The notes beneath the pieces were generated by a model. It had not been told where the DNA came from, searched no databases, and saw only the letters and a program-made list of their open reading frames with translations. A stretch of 64,000 bases of DNA from a virus. Taxonomy: Duplodnaviria; Caudoviricetes. Location of the stretch: the IMG/VR virus record IMGVR_UViG_3300044678_002325, positions 1-64,000 of that record, one strand, 5' to 3'. Of the stretch, positions 34,361 through 44,895 are shown piece by piece. The translations under genes and the position numbers were made by a program. How positions within the stretch are numbered: position 1 is the first letter of the stretch; every line of letters begins with the position of its first letter.

Positions 34361-34777
34361 TTAATATTTTTTAAATCGTTTAAACATATCCAAAGTTTTA
34401 TTAACTTGTTCTTGTAAAGGTTCTACCATATCCTCATCAATATCCTCATTATCCAAATAACTATCCTCTTCAAAATATTCATCCTCTTCGTCTATTTCCA
34501 TAAAAGGTTCATCCATTGTTCCATGTTCTTCAGAGAATAACCCAGTATCCATATCATCATACCTCATTTCATTTATTCTCATATTGGTGTATGATTTAAC
34601 TTCACCTTTATTATTAACAGTTATTCCACCTTTATCATTTGCATAATCTTGGACATAAAGTGGTTGTTGATTTATTTTTTGTCCATATGTTGTTACAAAT
34701 CCATCATAGACTTGTCTGTGTTGGTCAAGAATGTCATTCCTTTCCGCTTTGTTCATTTTAAAAAAATATGCGTTCAT
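34361..34777 (-). CDS. Acidic protein with C-terminal LQEQVNKTLDMFKR motif
   Basis: Start trimmed to MNAYFF. Confidence 0.7.
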   Translation of the reverse strand: MNAYFFKMNKAERNDILDQHRQVYDGFVTTYGQKINQQPLYVQDYANDKGGITVNNKGEVKSYTNMRINEMRYDDMDTGLFSEEHGTMDEPFMEIDEEDEYFEEDSYLDNEDIDEDMVEPLQEQVNKTLDMFKRFKKY

Positions 34778-34825
34778 GTTCTTTTTATTTATAAATATTA
34801 TGTATTTATTTAAATATTTATTGAT

Positions 34826-35452
34826 ATGAGAATTATAATTACAGAAAGTCAAAAAAGAATGATATTACTTGAAAACATTGGTGAAGACCTTGGAAGTATT
34901 ATCAAACAAAATGCTGAAAGAGTAAAAAAATTGATTTCAGAAGTTCAAACTCAAATTGGAATGAATCTTCAATTTCTTTTAACTTGGGGGGCAGGTATTG
35001 GTGGATTTATGGGTCCTGTTGAAGATTTTGTGAGAGGTAGATTCCCAGAATTAACCGATTTACAAGTATTTCTTATTATTCTTGGTGTCACATCAACACA
35101 TTTAATTGAAAATAAAGAACTTAACAATAAAATATTAGATAAAATAAAAGAAGGCGGAATTTTAAAACAATTTAAAGTAACCTCAAAAAAAACAAGTGAA
35201 TTAAAATCAGTTTTTTCTGATTTTGTTGAAAGTTTGGGTGTCACATTCCATAGAATAACAAATATGTTGAGTTATACCTTTATAATACCAATCATCCCAA
35301 TGATATATCAAATGGTAACTGATGGATTAGTGACAAATAGTGATTTAAAAAGTTTGGCGACAAGAGTTATTGCTTTTACTGGTTTAACTATATCAGGTAT
35401 TCTTTTCAAAGATTTAATTACAAAAATGGTTAGAAGATTTAAGGGTAAATAA
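34826..35452 (+). CDS. MRIIITESQ-motif protein with hydrophobic helices
   Basis: N-terminal family peptide; several TM-like segments. Confidence 0.7.
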   Translation: MRIIITESQKRMILLENIGEDLGSIIKQNAERVKKLISEVQTQIGMNLQFLLTWGAGIGGFMGPVEDFVRGRFPELTDLQVFLIILGVTSTHLIENKELNNKILDKIKEGGILKQFKVTSKKTSELKSVFSDFVESLGVTFHRITNMLSYTFIIPIIPMIYQMVTDGLVTNSDLKSLATRVIAFTGLTISGILFKDLITKMVRRFKGK

Positions 35453-35506
35453 TTGAATTTCTTAAATTATTAATTTATGTTTTGATTAAACAAATATAAA
35501 TTACAT

Positions 35507-36532
35507 ATGCAGAAATTTGATTTTAAAGACATCACCTTAGTTCCTGAAACAATTACAAATATTGACTCAAGAAGTGAAATTAACATTTTAACAGAAAACT
35601 TTACCCTACCCATTATAGTAAGTCCAATGGATACTGTGGTAGATAATTCAAATTATAAAAAGTTTTTAAGTAACAATTTAGAAGTTTGTTTACCAAGAGG
35701 GGAATATTCAAGTGATAATAATGTTTTTACATCAATATCATTATATGATTTTGAACTAATGGTGTTAAAACATCAGAAATTTGAGAAAGTACCAATATAT
35801 CAAAAAATTCTTGTTGATATTGCAAATGGTCATATGTCAAAATTATATGACTTGTGTAAATACTTCATTGAACATATCAAAACAGACCAAGAATTAATGA
35901 TTGGTAATATTGCCAATCCAACAACATATGATAAATTTGCTGAACTTGGTGTTGATTATATCCGTGTTGGTATTGGTGGCGGTTCAGGATGTCTAACATC
36001 AGCGAATACTGGTGTTCATTACCCTATGGCGTCCCTTATTTCAGAATGTTATCAAATTAAAAAGAAAAGAGGTTATAAAACCAATATTGTTGCTGATGGT
36101 GGATTTAGAAATTATGACGATATAATTAAAGCATTAGCCCTTGGTGCTGATTATATTATGTTAGGTGGAGTATTAAACAAATGTCTTGAATCTTGTGCTC
36201 CGGTTTATTTCAATAAATGGATTAAATTAAATGATTCAACATTAACTTATATTTGGAATAACTTACCATACCTTAGAAAATATATGTATAAAAAATTTAG
36301 AGGTATGAGTACAAAAGAAGTACAAAAAAAATGGGGTAGAGATAAACTAATAACATCCGAAGGTATATCAAAATATAATAAAGTTGAATATACTTTGGAT
36401 AAATGGCTTGAGAATCTACAAGATTATCTTAAATCTGCAATGTCATATACTAACTCAAGAAATTTAGAAGAATTTAAAGACACTGAATATATATTTATTA
36501 CGGAGAATGCCTTAAAAAGGTATTATAAATAA
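35507..36532 (+). CDS. guaC: GMP reductase / IMPDH-family oxidoreductase
   Basis: SPMDTV, DIANGH, RVGIGGGSGCLT, ADGG, KALALGAD, FRGMS, SAMSY. Confidence 0.8.
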   Translation: MQKFDFKDITLVPETITNIDSRSEINILTENFTLPIIVSPMDTVVDNSNYKKFLSNNLEVCLPRGEYSSDNNVFTSISLYDFELMVLKHQKFEKVPIYQKILVDIANGHMSKLYDLCKYFIEHIKTDQELMIGNIANPTTYDKFAELGVDYIRVGIGGGSGCLTSANTGVHYPMASLISECYQIKKKRGYKTNIVADGGFRNYDDIIKALALGADYIMLGGVLNKCLESCAPVYFNKWIKLNDSTLTYIWNNLPYLRKYMYKKFRGMSTKEVQKKWGRDKLITSEGISKYNKVEYTLDKWLENLQDYLKSAMSYTNSRNLEEFKDTEYIFITENALKRYYK

Positions 36533-36533
36533 T

Positions 36534-37358
36534 ATGAATAAGAAAACCTTAATTAAAATTGTTGAAGATGTAGACTATTTTGACAATTACGATTCCCCTC
36601 AAGAAATTTATATAAATTTAAATGACTATGTTGATCAGAATCTTTTAGATGTTATGAATGGTAAAGACGTAATGTTATTTTGTTTTTTAACTTATGAACA
36701 AAGATTTTCAGTCGATTTATCTAAATTATATGACTTTATTAGTAATAACTACTCTAGATTTACTATTGGAGAAATTTTAAGTTTTAATCCAAATAAAGAA
36801 TGTTATGAATGTTATGGTGGTGGTAATGTAGGTTGTATAAAATGTCATGGCGATGGAGAAGTAGATTGTTCTGAGTGTGGTGGTGATGGTAGAGTAGAAT
36901 GTGATGTCTGTGATGGTGATGGTGTTGATAGTGATGGGGACGATTGTTATGATTGTGAAGGTGTCGGGGAAGTAAAATGTAGTAATTGTTATGGACGAGG
37001 TAGTGAAACTTGTTCTGATTGTGGAGGTGATGGTGATTTAGAATGTGAAATATGTGATGGTAAGGGAGAGATTAAAGCTATTAATGAAACTTTGGTTAAA
37101 ATGACTAGATATCTATCTTACGATATTAATTTTACTAAAAAATTTGAAAATATGGTGCCAGATGATGTTATTTCCCCAGAATTTTATAACCGATTGATGA
37201 GTAGAAAAAAGTTTTTAGTAATTCAAGATTCTGATTATCTTTCTGAGGACTATGACCATCCAAATTATAAAGAAATGGAAGAAGGTGATGTATTTTTAGT
37301 TCAAGAAAAAAGTAAACCTGAATTAAAACATAGTTTTGGTAAAATTAGTGCATATTAA
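36534..37358 (+). CDS. Protein with DnaJ-type CxxCxGxG zinc-finger repeats
   Basis: Eight CxxCxGxG units; no J-domain HPD. Confidence 0.8.
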   Translation: MNKKTLIKIVEDVDYFDNYDSPQEIYINLNDYVDQNLLDVMNGKDVMLFCFLTYEQRFSVDLSKLYDFISNNYSRFTIGEILSFNPNKECYECYGGGNVGCIKCHGDGEVDCSECGGDGRVECDVCDGDGVDSDGDDCYDCEGVGEVKCSNCYGRGSETCSDCGGDGDLECEICDGKGEIKAINETLVKMTRYLSYDINFTKKFENMVPDDVISPEFYNRLMSRKKFLVIQDSDYLSEDYDHPNYKEMEEGDVFLVQEKSKPELKHSFGKISAY

Positions 37359-37614
37359 TTTTGACTTTCAAATTACTATTTCCTTTAATAACACGATGAT
37401 AAACACCCTCTGGGATAAAATATTTTTCCCCAACAATTAATTTGATGGGGAGTTCATTATCCATTTGTAAATACCAATTATCACTTTCTAAGATTTCAAC
37501 AAGTCTATTTTCTCTATCTCTATGCCATTTTAATTCTTCATCATCAACATTTTCATCAAATGTTCTGATTCTAATGTCATCAATTATTTCTTGTTGAAAG
37601 GGTAAATTTTTCAT
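37345..37614 (-). CDS. Cupin-like conserved phage protein
   Basis: WHRDRE...W..Q.D..LP...IP...YHRVIKG. Confidence 0.65.
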   Translation of the reverse strand: MKNLPFQQEIIDDIRIRTFDENVDDEELKWHRDRENRLVEILESDNWYLQMDNELPIKLIVGEKYFIPEGVYHRVIKGNSNLKVKINMH

Positions 37615-38240
37615 TACCAATTAGCACTAGATTTTAATCCCAATTTTTTGGCATGCCTCCCAACATTGCAACTCCAATACCCGGCCATTGTTCTGTCTTT
37701 CTTTTGGGCACAATTATGTCTTGCTCTAAATGATTTTGCAGCTTTTGGATTTCTATTTCTCACTTTAAGATTAGGATCACCAAATGTTACTTTTTTAATT
37801 GTCCCTTTTGGTGTTTTTACATAAACAGCAAATTTTTTAGGACTTCCTGGTGTTCTAAATGGGGAGTTTAATTTAACATTCTTTCCACGATGTTTTGCTT
37901 CAAATAATAACTCCTCAACTTCTTCTTCAAACATTGGAGCATCCAACCAAACCTCATCACCATTCTCTAATAATACCTTTTTACCCAAGTCAGATTCAAC
38001 CAACCAAATATCATCTTCGTTTAATCTAATACTACCTTGATAGTATAAATTTCTAACTTCATTGATTAATTTAAAATACTTGTCAGAATATATTCTAAAG
38101 ATATTTTCATTTAATGATATTCTGTTTTCCAAGTGATATTTTAAATCTTCAGATATCATACAAGGTTCTGTTAATCTCATTGGGGGGTCAAGAGATTCTC
38201 TCAAAACTTTTTTTATTAAATTGTCTAAACTATTTCTCAT
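37614..38240 (-). CDS. Conserved phage protein
   Basis: KKFAVYVK...VTFGDP...SFRARHNC...AGYWSC C-terminal domain. Confidence 0.7.
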   Translation of the reverse strand: MRNSLDNLIKKVLRESLDPPMRLTEPCMISEDLKYHLENRISLNENIFRIYSDKYFKLINEVRNLYYQGSIRLNEDDIWLVESDLGKKVLLENGDEVWLDAPMFEEEVEELLFEAKHRGKNVKLNSPFRTPGSPKKFAVYVKTPKGTIKKVTFGDPNLKVRNRNPKAAKSFRARHNCAQKKDRTMAGYWSCNVGRHAKKLGLKSSANW

Positions 38241-38312
38241 AATTTGTTTTTTTAGATAAATATTCTTACTTTTATAATCATATATTAACTATCAAACAAT
38301 TAAATAACTATT

Positions 38313-38516
38313 ATGAAATTTTATCATTTTTTTTACGCTATTATACAAATATATATTATTGTAAAAGTTTCTTATCTACTTTTTATGACTTCTTATAATC
38401 CTGAAGCATATCCATTATCAATGTTGAATTGGTGGATATATTTCCTAATTTTTGATATTTGGATGAATACCATATTAAGAAATGAAAAACCTTTAAAAAA
38501 AGATGATAACAATTAA
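38313..38516 (+). CDS. Small membrane protein
   Basis: Two hydrophobic helices. Confidence 0.55.
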   Translation: MKFYHFFYAIIQIYIIVKVSYLLFMTSYNPEAYPLSMLNWWIYFLIFDIWMNTILRNEKPLKKDDNN

Positions 38517-38557
38517 ACAACATAATATTTTTTGATATATTTATAAAGAAAAAATTT

Positions 38558-39085
38558 ATGAGAAAATATATCATTAAAGAATCTGATATCAGAAAAGTTT
38601 TAAGACAAACAATCAAAGAAGAAATGGGGATGGAACAAAAGGAAGAAAAACAAGCTCCTCGTTGTGTTCCTGAGAATGTTATTCCATTGGATGAAATCGT
38701 TGGTAGTGCCGATGAATATGTTGACTATGCAAAAGGTGTTAATAAAAGAAAACTTGGTGTAAATTCAATGGTTGATACTTTGGGTATTCTTAATAATATA
38801 AGATTATTCAAAGATGTTAAAGATGGTGGTGCTCACTTAGCTTACAATATGATGCACCATTTAAATAAATTCAGAAATAAGAATTATTACGATGAAACTT
38901 CAGGTCGATGTAATAAAGCAATGGATAAAATCATTGAGCTTTATAAAGAAAATGAACATGGGACTGAACTTGTTAAAGATATTGAAAGAGTATTAAATCT
39001 TCAAACAAAAGATGATGAATATACGCCTTCACCAAGAGCTAAAGAATATCTAAAAAGATGTTTAGCTTTGGCTAAAGGAGAATAA
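38558..39085 (+). CDS. MRKYIIKESD-motif protein
   Basis: Variant family peptide; TATTTATA upstream. Confidence 0.7.
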   Translation: MRKYIIKESDIRKVLRQTIKEEMGMEQKEEKQAPRCVPENVIPLDEIVGSADEYVDYAKGVNKRKLGVNSMVDTLGILNNIRLFKDVKDGGAHLAYNMMHHLNKFRNKNYYDETSGRCNKAMDKIIELYKENEHGTELVKDIERVLNLQTKDDEYTPSPRAKEYLKRCLALAKGE

Positions 39086-39193
39086 TCTAACCTCTTAGGA
39101 GGACTTTTAGGACCGTTTGCTGTTATGGTAACAAAGAAAGAGGACATCGCTACGTCCTCTTTTTCTCTTTATACTATTTATAGTAAAAAGAAT

Positions 39194-39490
39194 ATGAAAA
39201 AGAAATTATTTTTTGGGTGGGAGAATACTAAATGGTTTATTAGAGAAATAGGTAAAATTTATTCCTCAAAAAAATCAATATTTTCCAAAAAAAGAATTGA
39301 ATCTGGTATTGCATTCATAGTTGCACAATGGGGAATGATTTTTTTCCTACTTGAAAAACATTCAACATTAACTATGACTGATTTAATTATGTGGGCTGGA
39401 GTTGAATTCGCAATCTCAGGTTATATAATTCACCAAATTCAAAAAGAAAAGAAAACTGAAGAACAAAAAGAAGAAACCCCCAACGTTTAA
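39194..39490 (+). CDS. Small two-TM protein (holin-like?)
   Basis: FSKKRIES motif then two TM helices and a charged tail. Confidence 0.6.
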   Translation: MKKKLFFGWENTKWFIREIGKIYSSKKSIFSKKRIESGIAFIVAQWGMIFFLLEKHSTLTMTDLIMWAGVEFAISGYIIHQIQKEKKTEEQKEETPNV

Positions 39491-39503
39491 TTGGGGGCTT
39501 TTT
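39474..39503. terminator. Bidirectional terminator
   Basis: CCCCCAA...TTGGGGG flanked by A and T runs. Confidence 0.7.
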
Positions 39504-39505
39504 AT

Positions 39506-41365
39506 TTACTTTACTTCTTCAAATTCTACATCTGAACCTGTAAATCCATCAGTATTTTCGGTTTGACCTACATTACTATAAAGTTCTTGTGTAACTTTTT
39601 GCATAGTTGAGTTAACATTATCAAGAGCTTCATTAATTTTATCCATTTCACCAGTATTTTTAGCCTCTTTTAGTACTTCCAAACCTTTTTTAATCTCTTC
39701 CTTGTGTTCATCACTGATTTTTTCATCCAAATCTTTCATTGTTTTCTCAATATTAAAGATTGTACTATCAGCTTCATTGATTTTCTCAACTTTTTCTTTC
39801 GCTAATCTATCACTTTCAGCGTTTTCTTCAGCTTCTCTCTTCATTCTATCAATTTCTTCTTGTGAAAGTCCAGATGATGACTCAATTCTAATGGTTTGTT
39901 TCTTATTTGTACCCTTATCTAGAGCAGAAACATTAATAATACCATTTGAGTCAATGTCAAAGGTTACTTCAATCTGAGGAATACCCCTCATTGATGGTGG
40001 AATACCATCCAAATGGAATTTACCAATAGTTTTGTTGTCTTTTGCCATTGACCTTTCACCTTGTAATACGTGAATTTCTACAGATGGTTGATTATCTACG
40101 GCTGTAGAGAAAATTTGAGACTTTTTAGTTGGAATTGTTGTATTTGCTTCAATTAATTTGGTCATAATACCCCCCATTGTCTCAATTCCTAATGAAAGTG
40201 GGGTCACATCCAATAAAAGTACATCTTTTACGTCTCCAGCTAACACACCACCTTGAATTGCAGCACCTAGAGCAACAACTTCGTCAGGATTTACACCTTT
40301 TGATGGTTCTTTTCCAAAGAATTTCTTAACCGCCTCTTGAATTGCTGGAATTCTTGTGGATCCCCCAACCAAAATGATTTCATCAATGTCATTTACAGAT
40401 AATCCAGCGTTTTTAAGGGCTGATTTACAAGGATTTATTGTTCTTTCAACCAATTTGTCAATAATCTGTTCAAATTTAGCTCTTGTAAGTGTTTTTACAA
40501 GGTGTTTTGGCTGATTATCAATAACCATAAAGTATGGTAGGTTAATTTCAGTATTTAGAGCCGATGAAAGTTCAACTTTTGCCTTTTCTGCGGCTTCTCT
40601 AAGTCTTTGTAATGACATTGAATCATCAACCCAACCTCCATTCTCATTTTTAAACTCAGTTGTTAACCAATCCACAATTGCTTGGTCAAAATCATCACCT
40701 CCAAGGTGAGTATCACCATCAGTTGACAATACTTCGAACACACCACCACCCAATTCAAGGATAGAAACGTCATGAGTACCACCACCACAGTCAAAAACTA
40801 CGATTTTTGAGTCTTTGTTCTTCTTATCTAGACCATAAGCCAATGCTGCGGCCGTTGGTTCATTGATAATACGTCTCACATTCAACCCAGCAATCTCCCC
40901 AGCTTCCTTTGTTGCTTGTCTTTGAGCATCATTGAAGTATGCTGGTACTGTAATCACGGCTTCAGTTACTGATTGACCCAAATAATCCTCAGCAGTTTGT
41001 CTCATTTTCTGTAATACCATAGCAGAAATTTCTTGTGGGGAATATTCCTTACCATCAATTTTCACTTTAGGTGTGTTATTTTTCCCTTTTACGACATTAT
41101 ATGGTACTCTCTTAACCTCAGACTTGATTTCGTCATAATTTGAGCCCATAAATCGTTTAATTGAATAAACTGTCTTGTCTGGATTTGTTACAGATTGTCT
41201 TTTAGCGGGGTCTCCAATCTTTCTTTCCCCTCCATCAATAAATCCAACAATTGATGGGGTAGTTCTTTTACCTTCCGAATTGGTGATAATTACTGGTTCA
41301 CCATTTTCCATAATTGCAACGCACGAATTTGTCGTACCTAAGTCAATTCCTAAAATTTTGCTCAT
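39506..41365 (-). CDS. dnaK: Chaperone DnaK (Hsp70)
   Basis: [40 protein letters not shown] motifs; full length. Confidence 0.98.
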   Translation of the reverse strand: MSKILGIDLGTTNSCVAIMENGEPVIITNSEGKRTTPSIVGFIDGGERKIGDPAKRQSVTNPDKTVYSIKRFMGSNYDEIKSEVKRVPYNVVKGKNNTPKVKIDGKEYSPQEISAMVLQKMRQTAEDYLGQSVTEAVITVPAYFNDAQRQATKEAGEIAGLNVRRIINEPTAAALAYGLDKKNKDSKIVVFDCGGGTHDVSILELGGGVFEVLSTDGDTHLGGDDFDQAIVDWLTTEFKNENGGWVDDSMSLQRLREAAEKAKVELSSALNTEINLPYFMVIDNQPKHLVKTLTRAKFEQIIDKLVERTINPCKSALKNAGLSVNDIDEIILVGGSTRIPAIQEAVKKFFGKEPSKGVNPDEVVALGAAIQGGVLAGDVKDVLLLDVTPLSLGIETMGGIMTKLIEANTTIPTKKSQIFSTAVDNQPSVEIHVLQGERSMAKDNKTIGKFHLDGIPPSMRGIPQIEVTFDIDSNGIINVSALDKGTNKKQTIRIESSSGLSQEEIDRMKREAEENAESDRLAKEKVEKINEADSTIFNIEKTMKDLDEKISDEHKEEIKKGLEVLKEAKNTGEMDKINEALDNVNSTMQKVTQELYSNVGQTENTDGFTGSDVEFEEVK

Positions 41366-41461
41366 AATTTTTCTGTTTTTGTTTAATTATATGTTTTATT
41401 TTTTATGGAGTCAATCCAAAATTTATATTTCAATGTATAAAAACTAGACCATAATGAAAAC

Positions 41462-41480
41462 AACTGACAATTTGTCAGTT
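41462..41480. promoter_or_regulatory. Palindromic operator upstream of dnaK
   Basis: AACTGACAA-T-TTGTCAGTT plus an extra TGACA half-site. Confidence 0.55.
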
Positions 41481-41560
41481 TTTATGACAAATTAAATTTT
41501 TTTTATCAAATTATTGTTTTTTTGAAAACTTTATAGTATTTATTCCTAAAATAAAAATCA

Positions 41561-41605
41561 ATGGGTACTAATCTAATCAACATAAATCGCGTTTTATCTT
41601 ACTAA
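41561..41605 (+). CDS. Putative Asn-rich leader peptide (MGTNLININRVLSY)
   Basis: 14-codon ORF with 3 Asn codons whose stop overlaps a terminator, upstream of the AsnRS-like gene. Confidence 0.6.
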   Translation: MGTNLININRVLSY

Positions 41606-41632
41606 TCCTCCTATTATTAGGGGGATTTTTTT
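41604..41632 (+). terminator. Leader terminator
   Basis: AATCCTCCTA-TTAT-TAGGGGGATT plus T run. Confidence 0.75.
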
Positions 41633-41669
41633 ATTATATAAATTAACACATAAAAACAAATTTTAAAAA

Positions 41670-42503
41670 ATGAAAAACACAAAAATTTACAATGAATTGG
41701 TTCAAAAGATGAGAACTTTCTTCCAAGCTAAAGGTTTCTTGGAAGTTCCAGTACAATCTAGATTATCAATCTTAGCAGCATGTGAAAATCCACATAGCAT
41801 CACAACATTTGAATATTCTGGAGAAGTTTGGCCTCTACCTCAGACAGGTCAAATGTGGTTGGAATATGAATTATTACAAAATCCTGGATATCCTGGTGTA
41901 TATTGTATCTCAACATCATACAGACAAGAAAAAACACCAATACCTGGAAGACATGACTTAATTTTCCCTATGTTTGAAGTTGAAACTAAAGGTACAAAAG
42001 AAGATATGGTTAAACTTCAAGCTGAAATGTTGGAATATCTTGGTTTTGATACACCAAAAGTTGTTGATTATAACCAACTATGTGAACATTATGGTACAGA
42101 AATCCTTGAAGCGGAACACGAAACAAAAATGTGGGATGAAATCGGTGATTCAATCTCTCTTCAAAACTTCCCATTAAGAACAAACCCATTTTGGAATATG
42201 CAAAAGGGTGAAGGTGATAAGTTTCAAAAGGTTGACGTTATTCTTTTTGGTCAAGAAACTATTGGTTCGGCTGAAAGAAGTTGTGATAAAGAAAGTATGA
42301 AAGAAATGTTCTACACAATTGAAGGTGGAAACTACGCTGGAAAACTTTTTGAATTATTTGGTAAGGAAAGAGTAGAAAAAGATTTGGAAGATTTCTTATC
42401 TTTGGACTTCTTCCCAAGATTTGGTTGGGGTTGTGGTATGACCAGATTGGCAAGAGCGTATGAACTTAATCTTCAAAAAAAACTTAGTCTAGACATCGCT
42501 TAA
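41670..42503 (+). CDS. Class IIb aaRS catalytic-domain paralog (AsnRS-like; probable archaeal-type asparagine synthetase)
   Basis: Motif 1 RTFFQAKGFLEV, LPQTGQMWLE, motif 2 YRQE..GRH, ETIGSAER, motif 3 GWGCGMTRL; no anticodon-binding domain. Confidence 0.8.
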   Translation: MKNTKIYNELVQKMRTFFQAKGFLEVPVQSRLSILAACENPHSITTFEYSGEVWPLPQTGQMWLEYELLQNPGYPGVYCISTSYRQEKTPIPGRHDLIFPMFEVETKGTKEDMVKLQAEMLEYLGFDTPKVVDYNQLCEHYGTEILEAEHETKMWDEIGDSISLQNFPLRTNPFWNMQKGEGDKFQKVDVILFGQETIGSAERSCDKESMKEMFYTIEGGNYAGKLFELFGKERVEKDLEDFLSLDFFPRFGWGCGMTRLARAYELNLQKKLSLDIA

Positions 42504-42505
42504 TT

Positions 42506-42691
42506 ATGACAAAAAAACAAAATCCTGAAACCATTAATACTGGGACTACTAAATACGAGGTTGTTGTTGATGGGGATGATATCATTCAAATATGGAAATA
42601 TGACAAAAGAATCAGTAAAACACCATATGAAATAGAAAATATCTATAAAGGAGAACCAAAGTTTAGTAAATTAAAAAAGGGGTCGAAATAG
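42506..42691 (+). CDS. Hypothetical protein
   Basis: ORF track. Confidence 0.55.
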   Translation: MTKKQNPETINTGTTKYEVVVDGDDIIQIWKYDKRISKTPYEIENIYKGEPKFSKLKKGSK

Positions 42692-42704
42692 ACCCCTTTT
42701 TTTT
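42673..42704. terminator. Bidirectional terminator
   Basis: AAAAAAGGGGTC-GAAATA-GACCCCTTTTTT. Confidence 0.8.
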
Positions 42705-43200
42705 ATTCTTGTTCACCTTCTTTATATTTTTCGTCATTAAATTCTTTTAAATTATTCTTTATATTCTTACCAAAATTAACTAAATCTAAAACGTGACGTA
42801 TAAGTCCTTTCCCAAACATTACTTTCCAATTCTCATCAATTGATTTCATTTCAGCATAAATTAGACCCAAACTTATTATCTTGGTTGATAGATGTTGTAT
42901 AGGTATTACATATTTAACAAATTCATCTAGTAAAAAAACATCCAACATAAAAAACAACAATATCAGTGAGGTATACCCAATTAATTTTGGAACAAACCCT
43001 CTCACAAAAGCTCTTGAAGTCCATCTAATTTTAACCCCCTCTCTACGTTGTTTAATTATCCTACAATAAGCTGTAATGATATCAAGTAATACAAATCCCA
43101 AGACAACCAATAATATTCCAGCAGAAGGGGCAAAAAACGTCAAAATCGATAACCAAAATCCAAATAACCCCTCTTTGACAGTTTCAAATAAATGCTTCAT
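42703..43200 (-). CDS. Phage holin family protein
   Basis: LDIITA...S..F..G...K...Y...D...E.KSIDEN pattern; TM helices; next to endolysin. Confidence 0.75.
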   Translation of the reverse strand: MKHLFETVKEGLFGFWLSILTFFAPSAGILLVVLGFVLLDIITAYCRIIKQRREGVKIRWTSRAFVRGFVPKLIGYTSLILLFFMLDVFLLDEFVKYVIPIQHLSTKIISLGLIYAEMKSIDENWKVMFGKGLIRHVLDLVNFGKNIKNNLKEFNDEKYKEGEQE

Positions 43201-43303
43201 ATATATTTTTTCTTTTAAAAGTAAATAGTTTTTATTAAATTTAATAATTATAAATATCTAAATTCGAATAAAAGTTGGTATTTATATAAAAAACTATTAT
43301 ACT

Positions 43304-44104
43304 ATGTTAAAAATCGGATCAAAAGGAAACTTGGTAAAACTCCTCCAAGAAAAACTAGGAGTTACAGCTGATGGTGACTTTGGACCTAAAACCGAATCAG
43401 CACTAAAAGAATGGCAATCTAAGAATGGACTAACCGCTGATGGTGTTGCAGGTCCTATTACTTTGGGTAAAATGGGAATTGAAATTCCTGTAGTCAAAAA
43501 AGAACCATTAAAATTGGATAAACTTAAAGGTCACGTACCTCAAAATGTGATTGATGAAATTGGTTTAATCGCTGAAAAATTTAACCTCATCACAAATCTT
43601 CGTTTAGCGCATTTCTTAGCTCAATGTTCTCACGAATCGGGTAATTTTAAAATCCTTACAGAGAATTTAAATTATTCAAAAGATGGGTTAATGAGAATCT
43701 TTGGTGGTTATTTTGCTGGTAACTTGGCTGAATCTTATGCCCACCAACCTGAGAAAATTGCTTCTCGTGTTTATGGAAGTAGAATGGGTAATGGTGATGA
43801 AGCCTCAAAAGAGGGGTGGAAATATCGTGGTCGCGGTGCAATCCAATTGACTGGTAAACAAAATTATGAAATCTTCTCAAAATTCATTGGTGAGGATTGT
43901 GTCGCAAACCCTGATTTAGTTGCTACTAAATATCCATTAAGTTCTGCGGCATTCTTTTTCAATAATGTAGGGCTTTGGTCTATGTGTGATGAAGGTTCAA
44001 CAGATGATGTTGTAACAAAAGTAACAAGAAGAGTAAATGGAGGTACAAATGGTTTAGCTCATCGTTTACAAGAATTCAAAAAATTTATTAGTTTATTATC
44101 TTAA
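43304..44104 (+). CDS. Endolysin: peptidoglycan-binding domain plus GH19 domain
   Basis: ADGDFGPKT/ADGVAGPIT repeats; AHFLAQCSHES, ENLNYS, YRGRGAIQLTGK.NY, VNGGTNG. Confidence 0.92.
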   Translation: MLKIGSKGNLVKLLQEKLGVTADGDFGPKTESALKEWQSKNGLTADGVAGPITLGKMGIEIPVVKKEPLKLDKLKGHVPQNVIDEIGLIAEKFNLITNLRLAHFLAQCSHESGNFKILTENLNYSKDGLMRIFGGYFAGNLAESYAHQPEKIASRVYGSRMGNGDEASKEGWKYRGRGAIQLTGKQNYEIFSKFIGEDCVANPDLVATKYPLSSAAFFFNNVGLWSMCDEGSTDDVVTKVTRRVNGGTNGLAHRLQEFKKFISLLS

Positions 44105-44139
44105 AAAAAATAACCCCCAATAAAATGGGGGTTTTTTTA

Positions 44140-44820
44140 TTATCTTCTATATTTTCTATATTTTCTATATCTTCTTGATTCCATAATTTCATCCTTATCT
44201 AAACCAAACTCAACATCACTAAAATCAGAACTCAAATCATCATATTTACCTTTTTCTAATTTATCAAAAACACTTCCTTTATTATTTTCTTTACATTTTT
44301 CTAAAATTTTATCCATATCTTCATCATCAACCTCATATTCAGTATAACCCATCATTCCTTTAGTATATATTGTAGCCAAACTAAAATCATATTCACGTTT
44401 AATTCCTTCAGGAAAAACTTCAGTTAAATCAACAAAAAATTCTATAGAAGTATGACCCCTATTGGGGTCTTCACTCGTTGGTCTTATTTTACCAGATAAT
44501 CCATATTCGAAATCCTTACCTAGAACTCTACCATTATAAATTACTGCTATGATATGACCTTTGAATACCCATTCCATTTCATCCATATCAAAACTATCCC
44601 TTTCAGAGGCACTCCACCCTTGTCTCCAATTTAAGTTGTTTACATTGTTGATTTTAACAATATTGGTTCTATCTTGATGAGGGTTTTTATTTTTTTCTTT
44701 TAAAAAAATTATATTTTCATCATTTTTAAGGTTCTGTAATTCTGAACTTTCATTTTCTCTGATTACTCTTTTGACCAATTTCATTAAATCACTCTCGGTT
44801 AATCTTACTATTCTTTTCAT
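44140..44820 (-). CDS. MKRIVRLTESDL-motif protein
   Basis: Family peptide; C-terminal IMESRRYRKYRKYRR. Confidence 0.75.
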   Translation of the reverse strand: MKRIVRLTESDLMKLVKRVIRENESSELQNLKNDENIIFLKEKNKNPHQDRTNIVKINNVNNLNWRQGWSASERDSFDMDEMEWVFKGHIIAVIYNGRVLGKDFEYGLSGKIRPTSEDPNRGHTSIEFFVDLTEVFPEGIKREYDFSLATIYTKGMMGYTEYEVDDEDMDKILEKCKENNKGSVFDKLEKGKYDDLSSDFSDVEFGLDKDEIMESRRYRKYRKYRR

Positions 44821-44895
44821 TGTTTTTTTTTAATCTTTATTTATAAGATAAATATTAATTAAAACAAAAAAAACCCATTTAAAATGGGGGTTTTT

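Noticed and set aside
41670-42503. Functional full-length aminoacyl-tRNA synthetase
   Set aside because: Only 277 aa and lacks the N-terminal OB-fold anticodon-binding domain.
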